DNA of 64,000 bases. It comes from Podarcis liolepis (taxonomy: Eukaryota). Shown here piece after piece: positions 23,935 to 37,995 of this stretch. The stretch is from NCBI GenBank assembly GCA_965112155.1, contig OZ218103.1; one strand, given 5' to 3'. How positions within the stretch are numbered: position 1 is the stretch's first letter; the number at the start of each line of letters is the position of its first letter. The translations under genes and the position numbers were made by a program. A model generated the notes under the pieces. The model was not told where the DNA came from. It saw only the letters and a list, made by a program, of their open reading frames with translations, and made no database searches.

Positions 23935-24175
23935 CAGTGGTACCTCGGTTTATGAACTTAATCCATTCTGGAAGTTCGTTCTTAAACCGAAACTGTTCTT
24001 AAACCAACGCGCGCTTTCCCTAATGAGGCCTCACACTGCCGTTGCCCTTCCACTGTTCCGATTCCATTCTTAGACAGAGGTAAAGTTTGCAAACTGGGAC
24101 ACTATTTCTGGTTTTGCGGAGTTTGTAAACTGAATCGTTCTTAAACCGGACTGTTCTTAAACCGAGGTACCACTG
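23935..24175. mobile_element. Tigger/pogo-like MITE
   Basis: 23-bp TIR CAGTGGTACCTCGGTTTA(T/A)GAAC with one mismatch; TA on the left, TC on the right. Confidence 0.85.
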
Positions 24176-25069
24176 TCCTACTTAACTCAAACAAGAACTC
24201 TCTAAGTTGCTTACAAAAGACTTTTATTTCCAAAAGTTAGCTAAGAGTGTGATTCCAAGTGAGTTGTAGGTTGGGGTGTGAAGTGACATATTGTATTCTA
24301 TTTTTAATCGCATGTTGGCTAGCACTGGCAAGGTTGGAGGTGTACGGACAGACTTGTCTTCTTCTTGGCTCCCAGGGAGCCTTTTCTATTTTAAAAGAAT
24401 CACCCCATTGGTTCTAATGGAGAGAGAAGTTAAATATACTAGTTCCAGAGTGGCATGGATGCGGACCTGATCCTGTCTCGGCCAGTCATACTCTGCCCTT
24501 GGAGTGTCTTGTTTCAGTGCCTAACATTGATTACTGCTAGTGAAAATAGAACTGTGCCTATGGAGCTTTCCCACATAACGTCCCCCCTCCCCAATGGAGA
24601 GATCTTCACTGCCATCAGAGGGGCTCCTCCATGCATCCCTAACCCCTTCCATCCATTAGATCTGTGAGTTAGGACTCCCCTTCCCCTTCCCGTCTTTAGA
24701 AAGAAAAGGAACAATATGATTTTATTAGGGTTTTTTAAAAATAATAATAATACTTGCAGCAAATAACTGATAAAACCAAAATAAATCCTTAAGTCCCTTC
24801 TTAGTCTAGAAGGCTTCTAATTTATTTGTATATCTGGCTGATATTGAGGAGGCATTAGGAATTAGAGGATCAATACAGTTTCATCATCACAGTTTTGTAA
24901 TACTGGGAAATGCTTTTGATTTTATAGGAAATAGTCAAACTAGCTTAAATTTTAAGCTTGGTAATAATCTCTAAATCTTGTGATGGGACATTGGAATATT
25001 GCTAGAAGTTCATAACTGGCTGTCTGCTTGACAGGTTCAGACAAGGAGCTGGGTGGCATTTCCTGACAA

Positions 25070-25139
25070 ATGGAGAACTATTTCCAGGCAGAGGCTTTTA
25101 ACCTTGATAAGGTTTTAGATGAATTTGAACAAAATGAAG
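25070..25139 (+). CDS. ZFYVE9: ZFYVE9 exon 3, first coding exon (MENYFQAEAFNLDKVLDEFEQNE); whole exon 25035-25139
   Basis: Recognisable SARA N-terminus; gacag acceptor at 25034; G|gtgagt donor. Confidence 0.95.
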
Positions 25140-25671
25140 GTGAGTAACTTTTGTTAGGGCTGGAGATGCAAACTAATATCTGGATCTGTGACTCTGGTTG
25201 TATTTCTTTGTATTTCCTGTTCCATTGTAACTAACATCTGTTATGCATTTGCTGGGAATAAAAGTCTGAAAGGGATATTGAGAAATCTACAATTTTTTTC
25301 TAGGTAGAAACAGTTAAAATAATTGTCTTAAAAATTTCAGTGATTACATGAATGATATCCCTGTATTAATTGGGTGTCAAACATTGGCACAATTGCATAG
25401 ATATAAAATTCACAGGTAAGAATTGCTTGCAGCTAGAGCTAGTACAGATAAGATTAGCTGTCTGTGCATAAGAAGTAATCAGCTTCCATCCGCTCTTTTG
25501 CAACCCAGAATGCACATACTCCCCGATCAATCCCCCATTTTACACTAAGTTCAGTGTTACATTTCATTGTGCTCCTAGTTAGCACAAGTCTTAACTAGCT
25601 TTTACAACACTGATTGTTTGCTTTCTATACCTATGACTCTGCTAACTGATGGCTAAAATTTGCACATAATA

Positions 25672-26000
25672 GTGGTGCTGTGGGTTAAACCACAGAGCCT
25701 AGGACTTGCTGATCAGAAGGTCGGCGATTCGAATCCCCGTGATGGGGTGAGCTCCCATTGCTTGGTCCCAGCTCCTGCCCACCTAGCAGTTCGAAAGCAC
25801 GTCAAACTGCGGGAAGGTAAATGACGTTTCTGTGCGCTGCTCTGGTTCGCCAGAAGCGTCGTCGTCATGCTGGCCACATGACCCGGAAGCTGTCTGCGGA
25901 CAAACCCCAGCTCCCTCGGCCAATAAAGCGAGATGAGCGCCGCAACCCCAGAGTCGGTCACGACTGGACCTAATGGTCAGGGGTCCCTTTACCTTTTTTT
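25672..26000 (+). mobile_element. Sauria SINE with a small internal deletion
   Basis: GTGGTGCTGTGGGTTAAACC head and GGGGTCCCTTTACCTTT tail; lacks the GCAAGTAGATAAATAGG segment present in the other copies. Confidence 0.9.
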
Positions 26001-26384
26001 ACTAACATAAACTGTGGCTTAGCACAAATGAGCAAATGTGTGGGTCCAGGAGATTGTGACCACTGCCCTTTTCTCCTGCTCCTGCTGCCACTGCGCTACC
26101 CAGGACTAAGCCATAGTTCGGCTTAGCCTTTCATTTGTACACAGGCTCATGGTCTGTCTCCTCCAGATGAACCATGAGTGGTAAACCAAGAACAAATATT
26201 GGTTACAGCTTGTCGTTTGTGTTAGCATTTAGTTTACATCACAAAATAAAAGCAGTAAACTCCCTGAGTAATCACAAATAACTAGGGGGGAATTCAGCTT
26301 CACGCTGTCACAAATGTTCCATCTGTACAAGCGTATCAGTTTCCCAGATGGAATGATCCCTTGCTCTTGTGTGCTGTTTTGGGG

Positions 26385-26434
26385 ATTCTCCCAACCCCTT
26401 GTGCAAATTATTCTCCCAACCCCTTGTGCAAATT
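26385..26434. repeat. Perfect 25-bp tandem duplication ATTCTCCCAACCCCTTGTGCAAATT x2
   Basis: Read directly; sits inside a probable degenerate MITE at about 26283-26517. Confidence 0.9.
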
Positions 26435-29400
26435 ATAGATGTGGCATGTGTGGGAGGGGAAAGCCCTGTTGTGGAAGCCTTCCTCTAATGGGGTTTGGTA
26501 GGTGTATTCCTCCCTAGGTTCTGTGGCTTGTTGTAGGAATACAAGAGCTTATTAACTTACTAACTACATTACTAAATGTGTACATTGAGGAGGGAGAAGA
26601 AAAAATGGCATTCACACAATGCTGAAACATCAAACATGTTTTGTAAAATTAAATTCCCAAGTGGTTTGTTTGTCTGTGATTGCTGTATTCCCTGTTACGT
26701 GATTTGTATGTAGCTAAGTCACTTTCCCCCTTATACTATGCTACTTCACTGTTCTGCTGTTGTGAATGCCTGCTAAAACATGGATAGGATTTATCATTGT
26801 ATAATTTGTACAAGTAGGGCATTCTCTGGCATGAAAAGTGTAGCAATGGAAACAGGCAAACCCAAAAAGAGCTTGGCTGGATTAGATGAAAGGTCTGTCA
26901 AGTTCAGCATCCTGTTTCTCACATAAACCAAAGAGGTGCCTTTGGGGAGATTATAAGTAGGCTATTTCCACTCCCACTTTTTCTCCCCAAGACCTAGTAA
27001 TGTGGTATACTGCTACCAGACATGGAGGCTTCATATAGTCATCATAACTAATAGGCATTGTTAGACTAACTGATGGAAGGTCTAATCCCATTTTTAAAGC
27101 CATCACAGCTAATGGTCATCTTGTGGCACCACATGCCATTAATAAATAAATAGCTTTTCTAAGGAAAAACACAACCTTTGGTGTTTAATGACTCCAACTA
27201 CAGAAGCAATCAAAGTGCTATTTGAGAGTTAATGTGATTTGGTTACCTTTTTTGGCCAACATTTATTCGCTAGTTGGGCTGATAGAAATTGCTTTCTTAG
27301 GGCTTGTCCACGCTGTAGTGTTCTTCTGAGAAACGAAAATAGTTTTAGTCTGTGGGTATAACTCATAGACTAATTGCTTTCCTGAGTGGTTTCCCTTTTT
27401 ATGGTGCTAAATGATGTATTTGCAAAAAGCAGATATGATTCCTGGATTGCTGTTTGAGAAAGCACTGCAGCAGCCTGAAGGGCGGATGCTGGAGGAAGGG
27501 CGGTTGGAGAGGCAAAAAGCAGCCCCTTTTGGGGAGTGTGAGGACTAAATTTTAAGAGGGTTTTTGCTTTTGCTGCTGCTGGCATTGAGCATTTTGTGCC
27601 AAGAAGATATCATCGTCAGCCACATGTGGCTGAATTGGGTGAATCTGTCTCTTTATCCAGCCGTTCTTCAGTGGGTGGAGAAGTTGCAGTTCTTCATTTA
27701 TTATTATTTTTTATATTTACTAAATTTGCATACTGCCCTTCATCCACCGATCTCAGGGTAGTTCACCTGAATGCTGTAGTGACAGATTTTGCTCCCCAGA
27801 AAGGGTCTCTGCTTCCTCCCCAGTCACTACTGCAGCTGAAGAGTTCTTAAAACACTCACCACCTTAAACTGGTATAGCACTGCAAATTTGTTACCATATG
27901 AATACCAAAATAGTTTTGATTGGTTTATGTTTGTGTGCATGTATAAAAGGCAGTAGGTGCACTTTGATGAAGTATTTATATTTTGGCCATGGTTTAGATT
28001 GCAAACTGGCAGCCAAGCTAGATGATATTAGAAATGCATGTTCTCCTTTAACGTGGCCTGCTTTTAAAAAATAAATTGGGGTGGTGGAGGGTGTGTGAAC
28101 CCTCCACTGCTATTTGCCCTGAGGGAGAAGCTGCCATTGGTGACAGTGGCAACTTTCCTTTCTGGTAAATAGCAGCATCTGTATCGTGCGTATAAAAAGA
28201 ACCATGGTGCGGGGGAAAGGGTCAAACTCCAGTTTTTAAGCATTGTAGCTCCAGTCCTGATGAGCTTCTTAATGTTTGCTATTCCTCCCTCCCAAAAAAA
28301 GACATGTGAAATGCGACCATGCATTTCTCATTTTGTCTAGTTTTAGCCAGAACAGTATATACAGTTGGCAGCAGTATACTAACTAATGGACTTTCTGTGC
28401 TTGGGCCCTATTACCTCTACAGAGATTTTCAGTATAGTATGTGATTTTTTTAATTATATGTGGAACAAACATGCATTTATTTAATTTTACATGATCTCTG
28501 TTTTGATTTTGGCAACTGGAGAATGTATAAAGCCGTTTATTCCAGTGTTTCCGCAGTGTTCCTAAGCTATATAGTTATGTAAAACACTTAAGAATTGCTA
28601 TACAGTTAACAATGCCATCTACAAAGGGAACAGTAACTAGAAATGCTTTTGCTTCCACAATATTTTTCAGTATAAGAAGCGATTTGCAATTATTTTAATC
28701 TCATTTATGCTTACGATAATTCTGTGAAGTTAGCTAAAGCTGCAAGATGATGTCTTGCCCAAGGTCACCCAATTAGCTTTAAGATTAAACAGGAATTTCA
28801 ATGTGCTTTTGAGTCTCCAAAATTGACATTCAGTTCAGTTTGCTGTGCTATATTGTCCCCAGCTTCTTTGAATAACTTATATGATGTCAATTCTTGTTTG
28901 GGTTTTACATGTTTGTCTTAATTAATGCTGTTGTTTTCTACTTCCTCTGGTTTGCAGCTAAATATATCAATCAAGATGTTAAGATTACGTATTCCCATAA
29001 AATGTGTATTATAAATAAATATTTCTGTTCCAGGCCTTAGAGACTAATCAAAACCAGAAATCTAACTTGGGAGCCAAACTGATAATCTAGAGAAATGTAT
29101 GACTGCATTTTCATCTTTTTGAATTTGATTTAAAAAATAGCAGTTGTGGGAGTACCTAATCTTCATTGGGTCTCCAGCACAGGGTAAGGAATATTTTAAT
29201 ACTTTGTCTCTGTGCTTTTTTCCTCACAAAATTTCTCCCTTAAGCTACTATTCACTCTGGAATGAAAAACATATGACACCCATTTGTGTGTTCTTCTAGG
29301 GCAAATAGCAACTTATGGGTGGTTTTCATTGGGAAACTTCAAGAGGTAAAGTGTTAAACCAACCTACACTGTGGTTCTGATTTAGACTGAGACCTTTGTG

Positions 29401-29577
29401 ACTGTAGAACTGCATACATTTCAAAAGATGGAAATACAGTAATTTTCATGCAAACTGGGATCTTGTCTGATCCTGGGTTTAAGCTAGTTTAACTATAATT
29501 GCTTCTTGCAAAATAAGATAATAATTATTGTTACGCAATACACTTGTAATGTAGTACCCACACAGGGGTGAAGGATT

Positions 29578-29641
29578 GCTGCACTTCAGGGGGTTGGACT
29601 AGATGGCTCTCGTGGTTCCTTCCAACTCTGTAATTCTGTGG
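29578..29641 (+). mobile_element. CR1-type 3' tail fragment
   Basis: CAGGGGGTTGGACTAGATG..CCTTCCAACTCT motif shared with 50697-50843. Confidence 0.7.
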
Positions 29642-29662
29642 TCTACAGTTCTTGGAATAGTA

Positions 29663-29927
29663 GCATATTGACCCGAATATAAGCCGCACCCGAATAAAAG
29701 CCGCATCTTTAAAATTCGGGGGGGGTGGGAGGGAGATAATACCTGAATATAAGCTGCTCCCTTAAAATTCTGCAGGCATTCACACCCATTCCATTTTACC
29801 ATATGTCTGTTTCAGTAGCAATATCATAAAAGCCAATTTTTGTAAGGTCGCAAATTTAAGCCACACTTTAAACTTTTCACGGACAGAATTTGGAAAAAAA
29901 GTGAGGCTTATATTCAGGCCAATACAG
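29663..29927. mobile_element. Tc1/mariner-type (Tc2-like) MITE
   Basis: TIRs GCATATTGACCCGAATATAAGCC / GGCTTATATTCAGGCCAATACAG, with TA on both sides. Confidence 0.75.
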
Positions 29928-30034
29928 TATTATGTATTTTCCTTTGATATACAAACATTTGAACCTCTTGTGCAAAGTACAAGTTACATATGCTGAATTT
30001 ATTGCATATTGATTTAAGTTACTTATCTTTTCAG

Positions 30035-32112
30035 ATGAAGCCATTTCACCTACTTTGTTGGATGCAAAGTGGAATAAGATCCTAGATCCTCCTTCCCATC
30101 GGCTGTCTTTTAACCCAGCTCTGGCCAACGTGAATGAATCCACAATTCCTAATGAGTGTCCGCAAAAGTTGAAGTCATTCTCCCTGTCTCAGTTAGCCAC
30201 TGCATCAACAGGAGGAGGAGATTGCTGTTCTAATGGAAAGAATCTTAATATAAGACAAGAAAGCCCAAACATGTGGATTGATGATCAGGCAGCAACAGAT
30301 GATCATCAGCTAGTTAAGAGAAATAGCAATCGAAATGCCCTGTACAATTTGATGGATGAAGAAGGAAGGAAAAAGAAACCAGAGGAAAAAAACGTTCTTG
30401 TAGTAGCAGTCATGCATAACTGTGACAAAAAAGGACTGCAAAGTGATTTGTTAGATTGTAGAAATTACAGCAATTCCCCCAGAATGGATCCTGTTAGCTT
30501 TACACTGGATAATGAAACCCAACAAGCTGATCACATTGATGTTACTGTAAACGGGTCCATTGAAAAAGATTCAGATACTGAAAAAGATGCAGTACAAGCA
30601 AACAGGCTACCTGCAGAAGAAGATTTTTTCAACCATTGTAGTGTTGCTGCTTCTGCCTGCTTATCCAGTGGATATTCTTCTCGGTTAAAGGAGAATGATA
30701 ATTCAAACAAAGACCTTCATTTCTCAGAAACTGCAGCAGCAGGGATGAATGTAATTACATTGCAGAGGCCACTTGGCCCTAGTGTTAAAATACAGCAAAG
30801 CTGTGGATCAGGTGAGGGTTTTGATACTGATGCTGTTGCTCAGCTGGAAACTAGAAACTGTTTACCTAGTTCACGTAATGGTGGTTTCTCCACAGAGGTT
30901 TCTGTTGCAGAACCAGCAGCCCAGCCATTTCAGTCAGGGATATGTGAGGTCTCTGCAACTTGTCAGCCAAATACGCTTGAAAGTGGTAATCACGGTGAAA
31001 GTTCTGACGGACATTTGGCTTCTATGGATGTTGGTGCTGCTGACAATGAAGCTGACAAATATGAAAAAATACTCAGCTCAACTGAATTGCTCAGCACGAC
31101 AGTTTGTTTATCAGAATCTCAGGAGATGGCAAATGGGGAACTGACTAAAGAAAATCAGATCAGTAATGAGCAAACACCTGGGGAGGATGAAACACTGTTG
31201 CATACAGCAAAGCGGGAGGAAGCATGTAGTAGTAATGGAGATAGCAGCGATGGCATGACAGTAGCAAGTCAGGACTTAAAGGGAGCATATATGGATGAGT
31301 TTGAAGATTCCAGCCCCACTGATGTCATGAGTACATCGGCATCAAGTGCTCTGCTCAATTGTTGTGATTCCTATGGAATACAGAACCCAATTCTTGCTCA
31401 TATTCCAAAGACTTTACCCTCCAAGGAAGACTCGGTGACTGAGGAAAAGGAGATAGAGGAGAGCAAATCAGAATGTTACAATAATGTTTATGAACAAAGA
31501 GGAAATGAGGCCACAGAGAGAAGTGGGCTCATTTTGAACTGCACTGGTGACCAAATTAAAAAAAAACATTTACATAATCTCTGCAGTCAGGTACCATCTG
31601 AAACAAGTCAAGCATCACCAAAACAAGCAGCTAGTCTGCAGCCTCTCAGTGTTCCTTTTGGTGGTGCCCGACCCAAACAGCCTACAAATCTTAAACTACA
31701 AATTCCAAAGCCATTATCGGACCATTTACAAAATGATCTGGTTCCCCCAAACTGTGGAGGAAACAGTAAAAACAAAAATGATGTATCTGGAAAAGTAAAA
31801 GTAGGTGAAAACATAGCAAATGTATTTTCTGATGAAACATCACTGAGTGCATCAGTCACAGATATTGGCGGGGAGCATTCTGATGATTATAAGTCTGGGG
31901 TTTCTAGTAGTTCGTGCCTTGCAGCAGCTTCAGATAGTCCGGACAACGACCTTGGAGCTGGCCAGTTTGGAGTTCCTACAAGAAAGCCATTTACTACTTT
32001 GGGTGAAGTGGCTCCGGTCTGGGTTCCAGATTCTCAAGCACCAAACTGCATGAAATGTGAGGCCAGATTTACATTCACTAAAAGGCGACACCATTGCAGA
32101 GCCTGTGGAAAG
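30035..32112 (+). CDS. ZFYVE9: ZFYVE9 exon 4 (2078 nt; disordered N-terminal region plus first half of the FYVE domain)
   Basis: 697-aa ORF with FYVE signatures WVPD and [11 protein letters not shown]; ttttcag acceptor; AAG|gtatgt donor. Confidence 0.97.
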
Positions 32113-35100
32113 GTATGTTTATATTTAATGAAATCTTTTTACAAATGATTGAAGCCACAGAATTGGGGGGATATTTTTAGTCAGCATTTTGTAGTTTTTA
32201 GCAAAGTAAGGTTAGATATCTATTTTAATGGCTACTGAAAATAACATGAGTGTTAAAGGTATTATTAATTGTTAGTTTTGCGTCAAGCTAGAAAACAAGT
32301 ATACACCCCAAATAAATAACTTATTGAATCTTATGGGGTCCCCCCCAAAGCACACTTTGTGATAAAGTATAGGCAGAAGCAGAGCTGCAGCACTAGGTTT
32401 CTGGCAGAGGTGTTGTTGCTGCAGCTTACTGGGAGGTAGTGGAGCAAGGTGACAGAGAGGTCAGTGTGGTGTGGCTCAACTGGTGGGAATGCTGGATTGA
32501 CTTTGCCAGTGTGGACGCACCACACCAACTTCTGTTATGCCTCATACCTTGGCTTCCTCCTCCTGATAAGTAGCAGCAGCAGCAGCCCAGCTGATGGGAA
32601 TCTAGGGTGCTGCTCTGCCCCACTGGGTAAACCACTTTTCACTATAGGCTGCTTGCCGTGGTGAGTGTGGCATCACATTCTGGCAAGAGTAATAAACAGC
32701 CAACCTTCACCCCAGCTTTCAAGCTGTGGGGTGGTCCATGATGAGAGGTTGGGAGGTGGTTGGCAGCTGGTGAGCCCGGCCATGGAGACCAAATTGGCAA
32801 CCCTTCTGCTGGCCTTTCCTGCTCCATATCAGAAAGGGTGAAAGCAGAGGGAGGGGGAAAAGAGGTGTCTTCAGGCAGTGGCTGTTCCCTGACTTGCCTT
32901 TTCCTTTTTAAGAAGAGTGTTGTATGTCGTTCTCTAAGGTGCTTACCATGCTTTCAAGCCGTTGCTGCAAACAGTAAGCAGTCTCTGCCCTGAATGATTG
33001 ATCAGCCAAAAATTAACTGATTTGCTTGTTATTTCATACATTTGTGGTATCACTATTACAATATAACACCACTCCAAATTCTTAGAAGACTCTAGGGTGG
33101 AGAGGGAATGTTGTGATAGCTAAAAATACATGATGTTGGTAATGGGTAAAGCACTTCTCTGTACAAGTGCTTCTTATACAGGTTGGACCATTTTACAAGT
33201 GGTTTTAGCACACATCAGTAGAAATAAGTCCACAAACAATATGTTCCCACAAAATCTTTATATCCCACCTGCCTTCATGTAACTAACTCATTAGCAGATT
33301 TAGAGATGATGAAAAATATTTTCTGTCTGGTTGCCTGAAAGGAATGCTGACTTAGCATAAGTGACCAAACAAAAAGTCATTTGTAAGCCTGGTTTTGTAT
33401 CATGTTATCTGGTTTTCAGCTGAAAAAATACCAATATTTTGTTTTTTAAATATTCCTGAGAAATAAGTAAATGTGTGGCATTTAGGATTTCTGTGCTTTC
33501 ATTTTAAATTGGATGTAAAATAAGCCTGATATCTTGGGGCCTTATAAAAATACAGACTTGAATATTGTTCTCAACTAAGACAAGGTAAAGTAGAATTAAG
33601 TGAATAAAAGATCTGTAATCAGCACAGCTGTGCATGGTGCTGTAGAAATGGAAGTGTTTTCTTTAGCAATTATCCATTTTATTTATCAAAGAAAGAACAG
33701 GGGCTTTTCTTTCAGTGGGATTCCTGCTTGTAGTAAAACGTTAGGCCTTTTTAAACCATTTAACTGTAATAGACACCTCTTTCTTCCCATTTGAAACTTG
33801 TTTTACCCTGAGAGCCCCTTCAGGCTGGTGTTTTATCACAGGTTTATTCTGCAACGTATCCTTGGCACAATGATAGTGCAAAAGTGGTGGATTTATTTTG
33901 CTTAAATTTGTTCTGTGATGCTGCCCCAGTGCTGCCTCATTATTGTTATAACAACAATTGTGCAACAAAACCAGAACGTTTGCGGTATAAAAAGTAATAG
34001 GGTTTCAGCAGATAGTTACAGGATATGCACTGGTTGAAAATGAAGAAATGTGGCTGCCCCAAAACCTTTGCAGGTACAAACAGTATTGAAAGTGGGATTG
34101 CATGTCACTGCCCTGATAGCACCACTGTAGTTTATTGCTGTATAAGAACCTCTCTCTCCCTTAATATTTCATGCTGATGCACAAATTGGTATAGGTAATA
34201 ATCACTATAATACCCAACACTATGCTGATGTTTTCCTTTACACGAAGCATTTTGGCATTGCTTTATTTACAGTTCATTTCCTCTGGGCAGCAGATTTTTC
34301 ATTGACCTTGACTTTGTTTGAATAAGCATTACTGTATCCAGTGTGATACTCTTTTTCTCCAGTGAATAAGTTACATAATAAATTGCACCTCACTGAATTC
34401 AACTTTAGCAAAGATGGTCCTGAACATGGGTTTAAAAAAAGATAAAACAATTGATTTGGGGAGATCCTCTGTAGAGATTAGGCCAGTTTGTATTTTTCTT
34501 TCTCAGTGAGATAATGGGGAAGAGACATCTTCTATACATGCTACAAGAATTTTCAACAATTAATCTAAAGTTTTCATTTCTGTGAAAGGATTATTGTTAA
34601 ATATTTGGTTTGTTTAATGTAGTTGGGATGTTTGGAATAGTAAATTATGAATGAAAAGTTAATATTTCATTTCCCAGCTTAGGGCACTGATTTTTTTCAT
34701 AAATTTAAGTTTCCATCCTAGTCTACTGTTGAGCTGAATTTTCCAGCAACAATTCCTCCATGAGCGTAGAAATATAAAATATTGTATGTTTTTTTGGAGT
34801 GTGGAAATTTCATTCAAAGTTGAGCGGCTGTTTGATTTTTCATTAAATATATATTGTTAGATCACAGGAAGGAAAGAGTACAAGAACCTCATTAGAAATT
34901 GAAATGCTACCGTCTATGCAATATAAGGCAATAACTAATAGGACAAAACCAGCCTTACTTCCTGAATTAAAACCAGGAGCTATTTTTGGTGCATTTTGAC
35001 TATGCTTGAGTATATTTGCTGTTTGATAAAGGTGAAGTAAAGCTTGGCCGCTATGAAACTGTAAATGTTGACTGGCTAACTGTTTCAGTGTAGGTGCATT

Positions 35101-35558
35101 GAGACCTCAACACAGAGTTGAGGGCAAGTGTGTTCAGACCTCTAATGACTTTATTTAATGAAGTGGGAAAGTGGCCAAGGTTATAAAGACTGTAAGATTT
35201 TGATATTCTGCATAGGAATACCACAATATTAACTCAGACATTTCCTGTTTTCAGCATAATCAAATAATGTGATAATGGGTGCCTCTAGTTTTATTATATC
35301 CCATTAAGTTATATTCTGTCTGATCAATATAAATCCCATAACTCATTACAAGACAGGAATATTGTACTAAGGTTGATTTGGGTTGTTGTTGTTGGTGGGG
35401 TTTTTTGGGGGGGCGTGTCATTCTAGCACTTTTCCTGTAGGATGAGGATAAAGCAGCACTGGTGAGTGTTGGCTAATTTGGTACAGAATTCAATCTGAAA
35501 ACTTGTAGTCATAAAAGAGTGCTAAATGACTGAATATATTTTTCCTATTTTACTTAAG

Positions 35559-35658
35559 GTATTCTGTGCAGCCTGCTGCAGTCTAAAATGCAAAATGCTG
35601 TATATGGACAGAAAGGAAGCCAGAGTGTGTGTAATTTGCCATTCGGTCCTAATGAATG
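35559..35658 (+). CDS. ZFYVE9: ZFYVE9 exon 5 (VFCAACCSLKCKMLYMDRKEARVCVICHSVLMN; end of FYVE)
   Basis: RVC motif; ttaag acceptor and G|gtaagt donor; 100 nt. Confidence 0.95.
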
Positions 35659-36539
35659 GTAAGTAACAGGGTAGGAACTAAATGTAAGTTCCACTAACAT
35701 TGTGCTGTACAGAACCAACCATGTACATGAGTGGGATAAATAATGTGGCCTAGTGCGTTTTGTTTCCCTACTGGAAATTATTTCAATATGGATAATTATT
35801 TTCTAAAGTGATGTCCCAATCTAAAGCCTATCTGTACTCATGAGCTATTTCAAAACTAACCTGTTTCCACAATTCCTGATTTGTAGAAGAAACTAGGCAG
35901 GCTCAATGTTTGTGCATGGAGTGTGATTGATCTGGATCCCATCAGAGCTTTAAATAGTGTCAGATGACTTGAACTCACTTTTTCAGGTAGAAATCCGTGC
36001 ACCTTCTATACAAGTAGAGGTAGAGGTAGGTGTACGGTTTGTTGCAATTTAATCTTCTGTCCCAAAACAGTGTTCCTGGTTGTGGGAACTCCTTTTGAGC
36101 ACACAGAAACACAGTAAATCTTGCTTTCATGACTTAGAAGATGAGAGAGAATAAACGCTTGCAAGTGATTTATGTAAGGCAGTGATCTTGACAGTAGCTC
36201 CAGACATTTTGTGCTTCGTACATTACATTTTTGGTGCCTGAAAAGATGCCTGGCCTGAAAAGCTGAGTATATAAGCTCAGAAATGTCACTTCTTATCTGT
36301 CTCAAAAGGATTCTAAGAATTATGTTGTTAAAATTTGTACTGCGTTTTGACAATGAGCTACCGCAGTTTAAGTACAGTGCTATTTAAAGCATTAAATATT
36401 AACATCTCTCCCTATAGGCTGATAGAAATGTGACAGGAAATGGTGGGTTTATTGCAACTATGAATTAAAAAGTAGTGACTAAAGTGACATTGATTTTTGA
36501 GGACAAGAAATATTATTCTCTGAGAAGAGGGGGGAGTTG

Positions 36540-36712
36540 CATAGGAAGCTGCATTATTTCAAGTCAGACAAGCGGTCCATCATGCACAGTGTCATCTGCA
36601 TTGAGTAACAACAGCTCTGCAGGCCTTCAGGCAGGTGACATTTCCAGTCCTTCTTGGAGATGGCAGTGATTGAACCTGGAACCTTCTGCTTGCAGGGCAG
36701 ATGCTTTACCCT
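36540..36712 (-). mobile_element. Degraded tRNA-derived squamate SINE
   Basis: On -, a B-box-like ggttcaatc and a tail ..gatggaccgcttgtctgacttg..gcagcttcctatg. Confidence 0.6.
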
Positions 36713-37995
36713 TCTTAAGGATGCCCTGAGTCAATGTCGTGAAACACTCTTGCTTTTGTAACAAAGGGAGCTGACTCCATTTGGTTAATGCATAATACTT
36801 TTGGGTTGTACTTGTGCAAGGTTGGAAGCTGATATGGGTTCATTTGTATCTGAACGTCTTTTGTTAACAAGGTCTAATAAAATTAATTGAGCTGTAATTT
36901 CCCTTCAGAAGCCTTTCCTTTCCATTACTCATTAGTGATGGGAAAGAAAAAGTATTTATAAGAGGGTCCACATTGCCTGTAGGTGAATGTATTTCTGTGC
37001 CTGGAACCAAGCTGCATCTATGTTCTATGACATTGCAGTGGTAGGTGATGCTGCTGCTTTCCTGTTGTTTGTCAGTTAGTTACTTTGGTGTATTTGGGTA
37101 CAGTACAACAAGTACTTCATCATTCTTTGCTTCAGGAGGCTGAAGCAGTGATTGTTCAATTGGTGGCTGACTTGTGGGAATGTTGAAGTGGATGGGGTGG
37201 AATAGAGAAGTGTGGTGTTTGTGTTTTGGTGCTCATCTACTTACAGTCCCAGACACGTTCCTATTTTTTAAAAAAAATCATTTCCAGACAATTCATAAAG
37301 ATTGTAAAGGAAAGTTGGATAGGAATCCCTTTTATAGTGGTTATATTTTTTTCATAGCACAGAGGCCCAAGAGGAGATAAGATCAGACTCTTGAACATGC
37401 CACCACCCTTTAGGTATCCTTTGAAGCTCTAGGCTGAGTCATTATTTTGTAGTAAAGATATTTTTCCAGTATTAATAATTTCAATAATCATATTTCTCAG
37501 TTACACAGCATTTGATGCTAAAGGTGCCAACTATTCAGTGGATTTCGTCTAATATTTTGAGATTCGTCTTTAATTTTGCTTTTTGACTTTGTTAAAGTTA
37601 TAATCTAGTTCTGTGCTTTCCTGAGCATGGGGTAGGGGGCTATCGGCATAAGTGGACAGCTCCACTATCTCTGCCAATCATCCAGAGGGCATCCAAGGAG
37701 CAGCCATATCCCGGTATTGCTGATGAAAAAAACAAGTATGGATGTGAGCATGAAATATTTTAGAAAAGGCAGAGCTGTCTACATTGCCTCCTTCAGATTG
37801 CTACATCATCTTAGGGAGCAGAGGCAGATGTTTAGACCACACCTGGATAGGTTCAGGACTTATAGTTGCATAAATATATTTTCTGATGAAGGAAAAGAGC
37901 CATTAATCTGATATATCGCAAAACTTAGAATTGCAGTGGTTGCATGATTTTTCTGGTGTACTGATTGCCTTTTTGTGTGTTTTGTGTTTCCTTAG

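Noticed and set aside
20807-25139. Rolling-circle ORF in a 210-nt exon 2-3 circle
   Set aside because: Although the length is 3n, translation from ATG 25070 across the back-splice meets a TGA in exon 2 after about 12 codons.
30055-32148. 697-aa ORF as a stand-alone gene
   Set aside because: It is ZFYVE9 exon 4 plus a few intronic codons. The true start is at 25070 and the FYVE domain is completed by exon 5.
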